In this document: positions 10,462 to 20,968 of the stretch, one piece after another
How the letters are laid out: every line of letters starts with the position of its first letter
Numbering within the stretch: position 1 is the stretch's first letter
Origin: Mesotaenium endlicherianum
Lineage: Eukaryota
Direction of reading: 5' to 3'
DNA length: 64,000 bases
Assembly: GCA_009602735.1 (NCBI GenBank)
Contig: WELA01002708.1
Coordinates: 124,001-188,000 of the forward strand
Made by a program: the position numbers and the translations under genes
Notes under the pieces: model-generated
Databases searched by the model: none
What the model saw: only the letters and a program-made list of their open reading frames with translations
Told to the model about the DNA's origin: nothing

Positions 10462-10944
10462 ATGAAAAAGCTATTGTTTGCTTCGGTTCTTTTCCTCTCC
10501 CTCTCCTCTTTATTGATCATTTCCTGTGGCAAGACCGATTCAGGCGCCTGCCAACCAGCTTCTGTTGCTTCGGAAAAAAGCCAGATGGTGGCCTATTGTA
10601 CGGCCAACAACATTCACTACACCGAGCATAGCAGCGGCATATTATACGAGATCGTCAGCCCCGGTTCCGGCTCCAGGCCTACCGTGGATTCCATCATCAG
10701 TGTGGTATATACGGGTAAGCTGATGAATAATACCACTTTCGACGCTTCGGCCAATCCTGTCACTTTCAGCCTGTCTGGTGTTATCGAGGGTTGGAAAATA
10801 GCTATCCCACTGCTGCAAAAAGGCGGCAGGATCAAAATGGTATTGCCATCTTCGCTGGCATATAGCTGCATGGGCTCGGGTGCCATCCCCCCTAATTCAC
10901 CTCTTTTTTTCGATGTAACCCTTACCGGCGTCAAATCCAAATAG
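10462..10944 (+). CDS. FKBP-type peptidyl-prolyl isomerase lipoprotein
   Basis: Lipobox IISC; YTGKL...FD...VIEGW...PSSLAY...IPPNSPLFFDV. Confidence 0.93.
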   Translation: MKKLLFASVLFLSLSSLLIISCGKTDSGACQPASVASEKSQMVAYCTANNIHYTEHSSGILYEIVSPGSGSRPTVDSIISVVYTGKLMNNTTFDASANPVTFSLSGVIEGWKIAIPLLQKGGRIKMVLPSSLAYSCMGSGAIPPNSPLFFDVTLTGVKSK

Positions 10945-11012
10945 CTTCTATATATTACCCCCTTTCCCCTATCTTTGCCCACTCTAAAAAAACTGATTAA
11001 ACCGTTACGAAT

Positions 11013-14000
11013 ATGCAACTGAAAGGTTTAGTGCGATTTTTTGCGATTGCACTGATTGTGATCTGCTTGTACCAATTATCTTTTACCTGGTTTGTCCACA
11101 GCCATGAAAATGCCCAGGATGCAAAAGCCGAAGCCTGGGTTAAACATTTCCCTTCACCCGAAGTTAAATATCCCGGCAATAAGGAATTACAGGCGCTGTA
11201 TGCAGACAGTCTCGCTGAACTGAAAAAAGAAAGGTTGCAACGTTTGCTCGACAGTACCAAAGACACCAAACTCGCTTTTGGTCTTACTACTTACAGCAGC
11301 GCCAAAGAAAAAGAGCTGATGCTGGGCCTGGATCTCCAGGGCGGTATGAGCGTGACCATGGAAGTGGGTCTCGACGGTTTGATCAAATCACTGGCCAACT
11401 TTACCAAAGACGCACAGTTTAATAAAGCGCTCGATGCGGCCGTATTGCGCAAAGCCAATGGCGGGGCCGACCTCATCACCCTTTTCCGTGATGAATATTC
11501 CAAGCTGAACCCTACCGGTAAGCTGGCTCCTTTCTTTGCGGCCCGCAGCAACGGCAAGGTTAAATTCGATGCCAGCGATGACGCGGTATCCAGCTACCTG
11601 AAAGAACAGGCTACTGCTGCCTTCAACAATACTTACCGTATCCTGCGTACCAGGATCGACCGTTTTGGCGTAGCATCACCGAATATCAACCCCGATCCTG
11701 CCAAAGGCATTATCAGTATTGAGCTGGCAGGTATCAACGATAAAGAAAGGGTAAGGAATTACCTCCAGTCTACTGCCAACCTGCAGTTCTTTGAAGTGTA
11801 CACTTTTGAGAGCCGCGACCTGCAGAATGGCATCGTGGCGGCCGATAAAGCAGTAGAAGATTATCTCAACGGCAGCGCTCCAAAAGATACTGCTAAAAAA
11901 GTTGCTGTTGAAACAACCACAGCTACTGCCAAGGCAGATACCAACAAAACTGCCACGCTTTCAGGATTAGGCAACACACATGGTCAAACTGCCAAAGCCG
12001 ATTCAAACAAGATCAATTCTAATAAGAATCCGATTGCGCGCTTATTGCAGTTTACACAGCCTTACCAGGACAAAGGTGGCAAACCCATCTATCCTGCTGC
12101 ACTGGGTTATATCCAGGCAAAAGATACCGGCACGCTCAATGATTACCTGCGGATGGACCTGGTGAAGAATAAGTTCCCTTCCAACCTGGTATTCATGTAC
12201 GGCAAAACCGAATCGGGCGATCCGAAGATGAAAAACATCCTGATGCTCTATGCCATCAAGACCCTCGACAATGGACAGGCCGAGCTCGAAGGTGACCATA
12301 TTACCAATGCTGCGCAGGATTACGACGAGCGCGGACGCATTGCCATCAAGATGAACATGGACAAGATCGGCACCAATATATGGGCGAAGATGACCACGCG
12401 CAACGTGGGCAAGCCCATTGCCATTGTGCTCGATAACTTTGTATACTCAGCTCCGAATGTGAACGATCCAATTACCACCGGTAGTTCGCAGATATCCGGA
12501 AGCTATACCATCAAAGAAGCGCAAGACCTTTCTGAAATATTGGAAAGCGGTAAACTGCCTGCACCTGCCAAGATCGTGCAGGAGCAGCAGGTAGGTCCTA
12601 CCCTCGGTAAAGAATCCATTACCGGCGGCGGACTGTCGTTCCTCATCGCATTCATCGTGATCTTCGCCCTGATGCTGCTGTACTTCAATACCGCAGGTTG
12701 GGTAGCCAATATTGCACTGATACTGAACCTGCTCTTCACCATCGGTGTGCTGAGTGCACTGGGCTTTACCCTTACAGCGCCTGGTATCGCGGGTCTGGTA
12801 CTCACCATTGGTATGGCGGTGGATACGAACGTAATCATCTTCGAGCGTATCAAGGAAGAACTGAGCAGGGGTAAATCTTATCAACTGGCTGTGAACGATG
12901 GTTACAAGCGTTCATTGTCGCCCGTACTCGATGCGCACGTGACCACATTGCTCACCGCTATTATCCTCGCTTATTTTGGTCTGGGTCCGGTACTGGGCTT
13001 CGCCACCACACAGATCATCGGTATTTTGTTGTCGCTGTTCTGCGGTATCCTGGTATCGAGGTTGATCACAGATTTCTACACCAACAAGAACCGCCACTTT
13101 GAATATTTTACTGGTATTTCAAAGCGCATTTTCAAACATGCCGCTTTCAAATTCATCGAATACAGGAAGATCGCTTATGGTATTTCTGTTGTGATACTCA
13201 TATTGGGTATTAGTACGTTCTTCAACGGATTCGATGAGGGTGTGGAATTCTCCGGAGGACGCAGCTATACCATCAAATTCGACCACGCTGTGAGTCAGTC
13301 TGAGATTACCGATGAACTGAAAAAAGTATTCGGCGAAGCGCCCATTATCAAAACGGTGAACTCTACTCACCAGTTGAACATCACTACTTCTTACAAGATA
13401 CACGAAACCGGCAACCACGTAGATTCGCTGGTAGAGCAAATGCTGTTCAATGGCCTGCACAAACACCTGCCGCAGAACATCACGTTCAACGAATTTGAAA
13501 CCAAGTACAAGCAAAGCTCGCAAACGGTGTTGCCTACTATCTCGGATGACCTGAAGGCCGGCGCTACCAAAGCCACTATATTCGCCATCATCGCTATCTG
13601 TTTGTATATCTTCATCCGTTTCCGCGACTGGCGATATTCATTGGGTACCATTTTCTCTTTGCTGCACGACGTGTTTGTAACCCTGATCGTGTTCAGCTTC
13701 GCACGGAAAATTGTGCCCTTCCCGCTGGAGATCGACCAGCACTTCATCGCAGCCATCCTAACGGTGATAGGTTTCTCGATGAACGATACCGTGATCGTGT
13801 ATGACCGTATCCGTGAAGACAGCAAACTGCTGAAAGGCTCCAGCAATGCAGCCATCATCAACAGGGCCATCAATGATACGCTGAGCCGTACCGTCATGAC
13901 TTCGCTCACGGTATTCCTCACCATCCTGATCCTCTTTATTTTTGGAGGAGAAGTAACCCGCGGATTTGCGTTTGCGATGCTGATTGGTGTGGTAACCGGT

Positions 14001-14087
14001 ACCTATTCGTCTATCTTCGTGGCAGCGCCAATACTGGTTGACTTTGCGAAGAATAAGCCCCTGGGTAAAGACGAAACAAAAAAATAA
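11013..14087 (+). CDS. secDF: Fused protein translocase subunit SecDF
   Basis: LGLDLQGG, GMAVDTNVIIFERIKEE, GFSMNDTVIVYDRIRE, TLSRT motifs. Confidence 0.98.
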   Translation: MQLKGLVRFFAIALIVICLYQLSFTWFVHSHENAQDAKAEAWVKHFPSPEVKYPGNKELQALYADSLAELKKERLQRLLDSTKDTKLAFGLTTYSSAKEKELMLGLDLQGGMSVTMEVGLDGLIKSLANFTKDAQFNKALDAAVLRKANGGADLITLFRDEYSKLNPTGKLAPFFAARSNGKVKFDASDDAVSSYLKEQATAAFNNTYRILRTRIDRFGVASPNINPDPAKGIISIELAGINDKERVRNYLQSTANLQFFEVYTFESRDLQNGIVAADKAVEDYLNGSAPKDTAKKVAVETTTATAKADTNKTATLSGLGNTHGQTAKADSNKINSNKNPIARLLQFTQPYQDKGGKPIYPAALGYIQAKDTGTLNDYLRMDLVKNKFPSNLVFMYGKTESGDPKMKNILMLYAIKTLDNGQAELEGDHITNAAQDYDERGRIAIKMNMDKIGTNIWAKMTTRNVGKPIAIVLDNFVYSAPNVNDPITTGSSQISGSYTIKEAQDLSEILESGKLPAPAKIVQEQQVGPTLGKESITGGGLSFLIAFIVIFALMLLYFNTAGWVANIALILNLLFTIGVLSALGFTLTAPGIAGLVLTIGMAVDTNVIIFERIKEELSRGKSYQLAVNDGYKRSLSPVLDAHVTTLLTAIILAYFGLGPVLGFATTQIIGILLSLFCGILVSRLITDFYTNKNRHFEYFTGISKRIFKHAAFKFIEYRKIAYGISVVILILGISTFFNGFDEGVEFSGGRSYTIKFDHAVSQSEITDELKKVFGEAPIIKTVNSTHQLNITTSYKIHETGNHVDSLVEQMLFNGLHKHLPQNITFNEFETKYKQSSQTVLPTISDDLKAGATKATIFAIIAICLYIFIRFRDWRYSLGTIFSLLHDVFVTLIVFSFARKIVPFPLEIDQHFIAAILTVIGFSMNDTVIVYDRIREDSKLLKGSSNAAIINRAINDTLSRTVMTSLTVFLTILILFIFGGEVTRGFAFAMLIGVVTGTYSSIFVAAPILVDFAKNKPLGKDETKK

Positions 14088-14107
14088 TCTATTTTTCTCA
14101 AAATGAG

Positions 14108-14145
14108 AAAAATCCCGTTCCGCATGCATTGCGGAACGGGATTTT
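14108..14145 (+). terminator. Intrinsic terminator after secDF
   Basis: AAAATCCCGTTCCGCA-loop-TGCGGAACGGGATTTT. Confidence 0.9.
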
Positions 14146-14215
14146 ATATTGATCTTAAGGTTATGGATTTTGTTTAACAATTATTCAACGTAACTTGCGG
14201 CTGATCTGAAAACCC

Positions 14216-14596
14216 TTGTTGGCAAAGTTTACACATATTAGCAGAAACGCACTATTGTTACTGTTGGCGCTGCAGGTATTGAACCTGAGTACCAATGCTA
14301 TTGAATTTCAGCCCTTTCATACCAGCAACTTGTACGAGTTTAACGACCTCAACAGTATTGCGGAATATGTTACAGAGGTTGTATTAAAACACTACAATGC
14401 CTTTCCCGAATTCGGCCAGCAACCCTCTTCCAAGTCGCAGGTAGAAAAACACATCAGCTTCAAACTTTCTGTTCCCAGTCCCTTTACGTTGCTGGTTAAA
14501 AAAGAACAGGCATCCATTCAATACAGCGATGCAATAAAGGATACTTACCGCTATCTTTTTTTCAAGGAAATCAATCCTCCTCCTCCCAAATGCTGA
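14216..14596 (+). CDS. Leader ORF of RND operon 1; N-terminal hydrophobic segment, C-terminal PPPPK (candidate regulatory or arrest peptide)
   Basis: TTG start after a TAACTTGC promoter-like box; paralogous along its length to 20621..20968. Confidence 0.8.
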   Translation: MLAKFTHISRNALLLLLALQVLNLSTNAIEFQPFHTSNLYEFNDLNSIAEYVTEVVLKHYNAFPEFGQQPSSKSQVEKHISFKLSVPSPFTLLVKKEQASIQYSDAIKDTYRYLFFKEINPPPPKC

Positions 14597-14805
14597 TATC
14601 AGCATCACGTTACCATTATTGTAGTTGAATAAACTGGCATACAGGTATTCCCCTGGCTTGCAATGGTTGTTTCCTCCATGCTATGAGGATCACGTAACCA
14701 GCAAGCGCAGGCAATCGATGATGTCTGAATTGACTTAAACCTGCCATATCAATATGATGGCATTGATGAATTATTATTTTCTGTCACCAAACCTATCCTC
14801 CATAA

Positions 14806-16116
14806 ATGAAAGTCTTTTACAAGATATGCCTGCTCCTTTGTTTGCTTGAAGCAAACGCATATGCAGGGGCACAGAACCTGCCGCCTGACAATCCTGTCAA
14901 GGCAGACAGTACCAGGCTCACCCTGGACAGTGCGGAACAGCTTTTTTTAAGGAATAACTTTTTATTGCTGGCGCAACGCTATAATATCGACGCGCAGAAA
15001 GCACTGATCATACAGGCGAAACTATGGCCGAATCCCAACCTTTCGTATGCACGCGGCCCGATCTTCGGTATCCACGATGAGGCCTCCAATGTGGTGAACG
15101 CCGGCTTCTTCAATTATGCCGAGAATGCCGCCACCCTCTCGCAGTTGATTTTACTCGCAGGGAAAAGAAATAAGCAGATCAAAATTGCTGAAGCCAATGC
15201 AAAGCTGGCGGAATATCAATTCTATGATCTCCTGCGTACGTTAAAATACACTTTGCGTACTGATTTCTTCAATATCTATTACATGCAGCAGTCGGCCAAA
15301 GTGTACGATAAGGAAATCAGTGCCTTGCAGCAGGTGGTGAAAGCGTTTGAATCGCAACAGGGCAAAGGATATATCGCAGAAAAAGAAGTAGTGCGGATCA
15401 AAGCGCAATTATACAGCCTGCAAAGTGAATACAACGACCTGATCAACCAGATCAATGATACACAAAGTGAATTGCGGCAGGTGTTGCAAGTGAAGAAGAA
15501 TTATATTATTCCGGATGTGGATCTGCAGAAAGCTAGTTCCTTCGATCCGGCAAAATACAATTTGACATCATTGGTAGATACGGCATTCAAAAGCCGTACC
15601 GATCTGCAAATTGCCCGTACCAATACCCTGATCAGCAAACTGAACTACAATTACCAGAAAGCATTGGCGGTTCCCGATCTTACTGCTTCTATATCGTACG
15701 ACCGGCTGGGTAGTTATGTGCAGAATTTTCATTCAGCAGGCATTTCTATGGACCTGCCCATCTTCAATCGTAACCAGGGCAATATCAAATCGGCCAGGGC
15801 CATGATCAAAGTGAACCAGGTTACCCAGCAATCTGTGGAAGCAACCGTAGAAGAACAGATATACAGGGCCTTACAAAAGGCTTATGACAACCACAAGCTT
15901 TTCCAGCACATTGATCCAAAGTTTGTGTCTGATTTCGATAGGTTACTGAATGAAGTGTTGATCAATTACCAGCGCAGGAACATTGGCTTACTCGACTTCC
16001 TGGATTTTTATGATTCTTATAAGCAAAACACGTTGCAGATCAATTCCATCCAATTCAACCGTGTGAGCGCATTTGAAGACCTAAACTTCTATACCGGAAA
16101 TCAATTCTACAACTAA
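14806..16116 (+). CDS. TolC/CzcC family outer-membrane efflux protein, copy 1
   Basis: Signal peptide, A...PNP and LPIFNRNQGNI OEP motifs; precedes MFP and RND genes. Confidence 0.93.
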   Translation: MKVFYKICLLLCLLEANAYAGAQNLPPDNPVKADSTRLTLDSAEQLFLRNNFLLLAQRYNIDAQKALIIQAKLWPNPNLSYARGPIFGIHDEASNVVNAGFFNYAENAATLSQLILLAGKRNKQIKIAEANAKLAEYQFYDLLRTLKYTLRTDFFNIYYMQQSAKVYDKEISALQQVVKAFESQQGKGYIAEKEVVRIKAQLYSLQSEYNDLINQINDTQSELRQVLQVKKNYIIPDVDLQKASSFDPAKYNLTSLVDTAFKSRTDLQIARTNTLISKLNYNYQKALAVPDLTASISYDRLGSYVQNFHSAGISMDLPIFNRNQGNIKSARAMIKVNQVTQQSVEATVEEQIYRALQKAYDNHKLFQHIDPKFVSDFDRLLNEVLINYQRRNIGLLDFLDFYDSYKQNTLQINSIQFNRVSAFEDLNFYTGNQFYN

Positions 16117-16146
16117 ATTATTGAAGACCTGATAACACTATTTTTT

Positions 16147-17256
16147 ATGCAAAAAAATGTAACTACCTCATTTCTTTCCGCCTGCTTGCTGATCGTGACA
16201 GGAGCTTTTTTTCAATCCTGCAAATCTCAAAATGAGAACAAACAGACAGAGGGGAAAGTAAAATATGTTATACCCGATTCCATACGAAAAACCCTGGTAA
16301 TCGATACCGTATCGGTTGGCAAGCTCGAAAACTCGCTTACCCTCACAGGCAAAGTGGCTTTTAATGACGACCATGTAGTAAAACTATACCCCATGGTGAG
16401 CGGCAATATCCAGGACATCAAAGTGATGCTGGGCGATTATGTACAAGAGGGACAAGTACTGGCCGTGATTAAAAGTTCTGAAATGGCCGGCTTCAGCAAC
16501 GATCTGGTGAATGCAGAAACCAACCTGCGGGTGGCGAAAAAGAACATGGATGCTACACAGGATATGTTTACCAGCGGACTCGCATCTCAGAAAGACCTGC
16601 TGGCTGCTCAGGCTGCTTATGAGCAAGCCAAATCGGAATTATCGCGCATTAACCGCGTATTAAAAATCAACGGCGGTAATACACAGGGAGAGTTCATTGT
16701 GAAAGCGCCCATCAGCGGCTTCATCGTAGAGAAATTTGTTACCAATAATATGGCTATCCGTGCCGACAACAGCACCAACCTGTTTACCATTTCCGATCTG
16801 AAAAATGTATGGGTCCAGGCCAATGTGTACGAATCCAATATTGAACTTGTGCATACGGGAGATCCGGTTAATGTTACCACGCTTGCCTATCCCAATAAAG
16901 TGTTCAAGGGCAAGATAGACAAGATCATGAACGTGTTGGACCCCTCTAATAAAGTGATGAAAATGCGTGTGGTATTGCCAAACGAAGGTTACCTGCTCAA
17001 ACCGGAAATGTTTGCCAGTGTAACGGTTACCAATTCAGAGAACAAGAACAGCATGTATGTGCCTCTCCGCGCATTGATCTTTGACCATAGCCAATACTTT
17101 GTATTGATATACCATGGAGAAGGCAATGCCGATATCGTTCCCGTTCAAAAGCTGAGCGCTATTGGCGATAAGGTATACCTGACAGGTGGAGTGAAACCGG
17201 GAGACAGGCTCATTGGATCCAACGCCTTGCAGATCTATGACCAGTTGAACAATTAA
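16147..17256 (+). CDS. RND periplasmic adaptor (CzcB/CusB-like) lipoprotein, copy 1
   Basis: Lipobox FQSC; GDYVQEGQVLA, APISG, LKPEMFA motifs. Confidence 0.93.
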   Translation: MQKNVTTSFLSACLLIVTGAFFQSCKSQNENKQTEGKVKYVIPDSIRKTLVIDTVSVGKLENSLTLTGKVAFNDDHVVKLYPMVSGNIQDIKVMLGDYVQEGQVLAVIKSSEMAGFSNDLVNAETNLRVAKKNMDATQDMFTSGLASQKDLLAAQAAYEQAKSELSRINRVLKINGGNTQGEFIVKAPISGFIVEKFVTNNMAIRADNSTNLFTISDLKNVWVQANVYESNIELVHTGDPVNVTTLAYPNKVFKGKIDKIMNVLDPSNKVMKMRVVLPNEGYLLKPEMFASVTVTNSENKNSMYVPLRALIFDHSQYFVLIYHGEGNADIVPVQKLSAIGDKVYLTGGVKPGDRLIGSNALQIYDQLNN

Positions 17257-17276
17257 CCAGACCTAAATTTCATCTT

Positions 17277-20200
17277 ATGACGAAGTTTCTTAAGAGAATC
17301 ATCGGGTTCTCGCTTAAAAATAAATATTTTATTTTATTCCTTACCTCACTGCTCATCGTTTCCGGTGTGATGACGTTCATTGATATGCCCGTAGAGGCAT
17401 TCCCGGATGTAACCAATACCGAGATCAGCATCATCACACAATGGCCCGGCCGCAGCGCGGAAGAAGTGGAAAAATTCATCAGCATCCCCATTGAGATCGC
17501 TATGAACCCGGTACAACGCAAAATACACATGCGTTCTACCAGCATTTTCGGTTTGTCATTCATCAAACTGATTTTCGAAGATGGTGTGAAAGACCCGCAG
17601 GCGCGGCAACAGGTCATGAACCTGCTGGGCAATGCGGTACTACCACCCAATGTGCAACCCAGTGTACAACCACCAACCGGACCTACCGGGGAATTGTTCC
17701 GTTATACTTTGCGAAGCAGTTTCCGGGATGTAAGAGAACTAAAGACCATGCAGGACTGGGTGATCGATCGTCGTTTGCGCAGTATTTCCGGTGTGGCAGA
17801 TGTTGCCGCCTTCGGAGGAAAAACCAAAACCTATGAGATACAGGTAGACCCTGGCAAGCTGGCCAACCTCGGGCTCACACCCCTGGATGTTTTCACGGCG
17901 GTGCAAAACACCAATATCAATGTGGGGGGCGATATGATCTTCCAGAACAACCAGGCGTTCGTAGTAAGAGGTATCGGTTTGTTGAACGATATCGAAGAGA
18001 TCAAGAATATCATTGTACAGAACAACAATGGTGTGCCCCTGCTGGTAAAAGACGTTGCTACAGTGGAAATATCCAATGTGCCGCGGCTTGGATGGGTAAC
18101 GAGGGCCGACGGATTGACCGATAAAAACGGCAAAAGGGTTGTTACAAAAGAAGACGATGTGGTAGAAGCCATCATCCTGATGCGTAAGGGCGAGAACCCT
18201 TCCGAAGTAGTGAAAAACATCGAGCAAAAGATCAAATACCTGAACGAAACCGTACTGCCGGCTGACACGAAGATCGTTCCTTATTATGACCGAAGTGACC
18301 TGATCGAATACGCCACTCATACGGTGTTGCATAACCTCGTAGAAGGCGTGTTATTAGTAGTAGTACTGATCTCCTTGTTCCTGTTCGACTGGAGAGCTAC
18401 CGTTGTAGTAGCGGTGATCATACCCATTTCATTGTTGTTTGCATTCATTTGTTTGCATATCATGGGTATGAGTGCGAACCTTTTGTCATTGGGTGCCGTA
18501 GACTTCGGGATCATCCTCGACGGAACCATTGTGATGGTGGAAGGAATATTTGTGATACTCGATCACAAAGCCAAAGAAGTGGGGATGGAACGGTTTAACA
18601 AGCTGAGCAAGCTGGGATTGATACGCAAAAATGCAGCGGAAATCGGTAAGCGCCCCTTCTACCTGAATGTAATCATCATTACTGCCCTCCTTCCCATTTT
18701 TGCTTTCCAGAAAGTAGAAGGCAAAATGTTTTCTCCGCTGGCCTATACCCTTGGCTTTGCTTTGTTAGGCTCGTTGATCACTACCCTCACACTGGTGCCG
18801 GTCCTGATCAGCATACTCATGCGCAAGAATGTAAAAGAAAAACACAATCCCATTGTGCACCACATGATGGGCTTCATGCTCATGGGCTTTATCAAATCGT
18901 ACAAGAACCGGAAGCTGGTATTACCCGTTGCTTTTATCGCGATGATAGCCGGACTATACTCTTTCAAATACCTGGGTTCTGAATTCCTGCCACAGTTGAA
19001 TGAAGGAAGCATCTGGTTACGCATTCAAACGAACTATAGCACAGGACTAAACAAATCCGTTGAAATAGCAAAACAGGCCCGGGACATCATCACCGGTTTC
19101 CCGCAAGTGCAGTATTGTGTTTCACAAACGGGAAGGCCCGACGATGGTACGGATGTAACCGGGTATTACAATAATGAGTTCGACATATTAATGTATCCGC
19201 AGTCGGAATGGGAACCCAAGATTTCCAAAGAAGAGCTGATAGACCGGATGAACAAAGCCTTGTCGGTGATACCGGGTGTTAACCTGAACTTTTCACAACC
19301 GATCATGGATAATGTGGAAGAAGCCGTTTCGGGTGTCAAGGGCAGTATCTGTTTGAAAATCTATGGCGATTCGATCCCCTACATGGAAAGAGAAATAGGC
19401 AAATGTTTCAGCGTGCTGAAACAAGTGCGGGGCATCGAAGACCTGGGTGTCATACATAATACCGGTCAGCCTGAGCTCGACATCAACCTCGACCAGCAAA
19501 AAATGGCGCTCTACGGTGTTACCACAGCCCAGGCCAACGCGGTCATCAGTATGGCCATCGGAGGTCTCGGGCCCGGCGGCGTTCCGGCGAGTTCTTTGTA
19601 TGAAGACATCAGGATCTTCGGTATACGGGTGAGGTTACCGGAACAATACCGGCAAACACCGGAACAGATCGGAGAATTGCTGGTGCCCACGATGAACGGC
19701 AGTAAAGTGCCCATCAAATCCATCGCCACTATTGCCCAACGAACCGGCGCCAGCCTGATCTTCCGCGACGATAACCAGCGGTATGCAGCACTGAAATTTT
19801 CTGTTCGTGGAAGAGATATGGGCAGCACCATCCGGGAAGCGCAGGAAAAAGTGAACAAATTAGTGCACCTGCGCAGAGGGTATACCATGGAATTCCAGGG
19901 CGATTTTGAAAACCTGATACGTGCCCAGCATCGCCTGGCACTGGTGGTACCCATTAGTCTCATCCTCATCTTCTTGTTGCTGCTGAGCATGTTCGGTAAT
20001 TTTAAAGATGCATTACTGGTATTCACCAATGTACCCTTTGCTATTGTGGGAGGCATCATGGCCCTTCACATTACCGGCACCGATTTCAGTATTTCGGCCG
20101 GTATCGGTTTCATCGCCCTCTTTGGTATCTGTATACAAGATGGCATCATCCTGATCACCCGATTCAAAGAAAACCTGCTGGAGTTCCGGGGTGAAGATAT

Positions 20201-20468
20201 CCTGTACAACTCCATTAAGCTGGGTGTGAATACAAGGATACGACCCGTGATGATGACGGCGCTGATGGCGGCGATTGGTCTTTTCCCTGCTGCGATATCC
20301 TTTGGTATCGGCTCTGAAAGTTCAAGACCGCTGGCGAGGGTAGTTATTGGCGGTATCCTTTGTGCCATGCTCTTTTCATTGTGGGTATTCCCGCTGATCT
20401 TCCGGCTGGCCTATAAAAAAGTAGATACCAAACACAGAAACCCTTCTGAAGAAGGTGAAGTAGCTTGA
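17277..20468 (+). CDS. CusA/CzcA family heavy-metal efflux RND transporter, copy 1
   Basis: EAFPDVTN, SLGAVDFGIILDGTIVMVEG, RIRPVMMTAL...PLARVVIGG. Confidence 0.95.
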   Translation: MTKFLKRIIGFSLKNKYFILFLTSLLIVSGVMTFIDMPVEAFPDVTNTEISIITQWPGRSAEEVEKFISIPIEIAMNPVQRKIHMRSTSIFGLSFIKLIFEDGVKDPQARQQVMNLLGNAVLPPNVQPSVQPPTGPTGELFRYTLRSSFRDVRELKTMQDWVIDRRLRSISGVADVAAFGGKTKTYEIQVDPGKLANLGLTPLDVFTAVQNTNINVGGDMIFQNNQAFVVRGIGLLNDIEEIKNIIVQNNNGVPLLVKDVATVEISNVPRLGWVTRADGLTDKNGKRVVTKEDDVVEAIILMRKGENPSEVVKNIEQKIKYLNETVLPADTKIVPYYDRSDLIEYATHTVLHNLVEGVLLVVVLISLFLFDWRATVVVAVIIPISLLFAFICLHIMGMSANLLSLGAVDFGIILDGTIVMVEGIFVILDHKAKEVGMERFNKLSKLGLIRKNAAEIGKRPFYLNVIIITALLPIFAFQKVEGKMFSPLAYTLGFALLGSLITTLTLVPVLISILMRKNVKEKHNPIVHHMMGFMLMGFIKSYKNRKLVLPVAFIAMIAGLYSFKYLGSEFLPQLNEGSIWLRIQTNYSTGLNKSVEIAKQARDIITGFPQVQYCVSQTGRPDDGTDVTGYYNNEFDILMYPQSEWEPKISKEELIDRMNKALSVIPGVNLNFSQPIMDNVEEAVSGVKGSICLKIYGDSIPYMEREIGKCFSVLKQVRGIEDLGVIHNTGQPELDINLDQQKMALYGVTTAQANAVISMAIGGLGPGGVPASSLYEDIRIFGIRVRLPEQYRQTPEQIGELLVPTMNGSKVPIKSIATIAQRTGASLIFRDDNQRYAALKFSVRGRDMGSTIREAQEKVNKLVHLRRGYTMEFQGDFENLIRAQHRLALVVPISLILIFLLLLSMFGNFKDALLVFTNVPFAIVGGIMALHITGTDFSISAGIGFIALFGICIQDGIILITRFKENLLEFRGEDILYNSIKLGVNTRIRPVMMTALMAAIGLFPAAISFGIGSESSRPLARVVIGGILCAMLFSLWVFPLIFRLAYKKVDTKHRNPSEEGEVA

Positions 20469-20489
20469 TATAAATAAGATTCAACAGCG

Positions 20490-20527
20490 AAAAGGGCTGC
20501 CTCAAAACATACGAGGCAGCCCTTTTG
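20490..20527 (+). terminator. Intrinsic terminator ending RND operon 1
   Basis: AAAAGGGCTGCCTC-loop-GAGGCAGCCCTTTT. Confidence 0.9.
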
Positions 20528-20620
20528 TTATTGTTTTTTAAGCGATACCAGTTAAATTGCGGCGCAATAGCTTAATTTTTACTTATAAAAATAGTATACA
20601 TCGCTAAAAAGGGCCTGGTA

Positions 20621-20968
20621 TTGCTGCTGGCGCTGCAAATATTCAATCTGAGTGTCAGCGTGATTGATTTTCAACCGATTTACGCCAGCGCCAGTCTTTA
20701 CGAGGAATTCAATGACCTGGACACTGTCATTGAGTATATCTCGGAAATCCTTTTAGACTATAAAAACAGCTTTCCCGAACCCGAAAAGCCTGCTTCCAAC
20801 ACCCAGGCATCATTCGAAAAACACGTCAGCTTCAAACTGGGCATTCCCAATGCCTTTGCTGTTCAACCTGAAAAAGAGGAAAGCGTTATTACACATGCAA
20901 ATCATGTTGCAGATGTATATGGTTATCTTTTCTTTAAGGAAATCAATCCACCCCCTCCTAAATACTGA
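20621..20968 (+). CDS. Leader ORF of RND operon 2 (PPPPK terminus); true start uncertain, homology extends to about 20579
   Basis: Paralogue of 14216..14596 with identical YLFFKEINPPPPK. Confidence 0.78.
   Translation: MLLALQIFNLSVSVIDFQPIYASASLYEEFNDLDTVIEYISEILLDYKNSFPEPEKPASNTQASFEKHVSFKLGIPNAFAVQPEKEESVITHANHVADVYGYLFFKEINPPPPKY

Noticed and set aside
11013..14596. PPPPK leader as a secDF-monitoring arrest peptide
   Set aside because: It lies downstream of secDF beyond a strong terminator and is duplicated with the RND operon, so any cis target is the efflux genes
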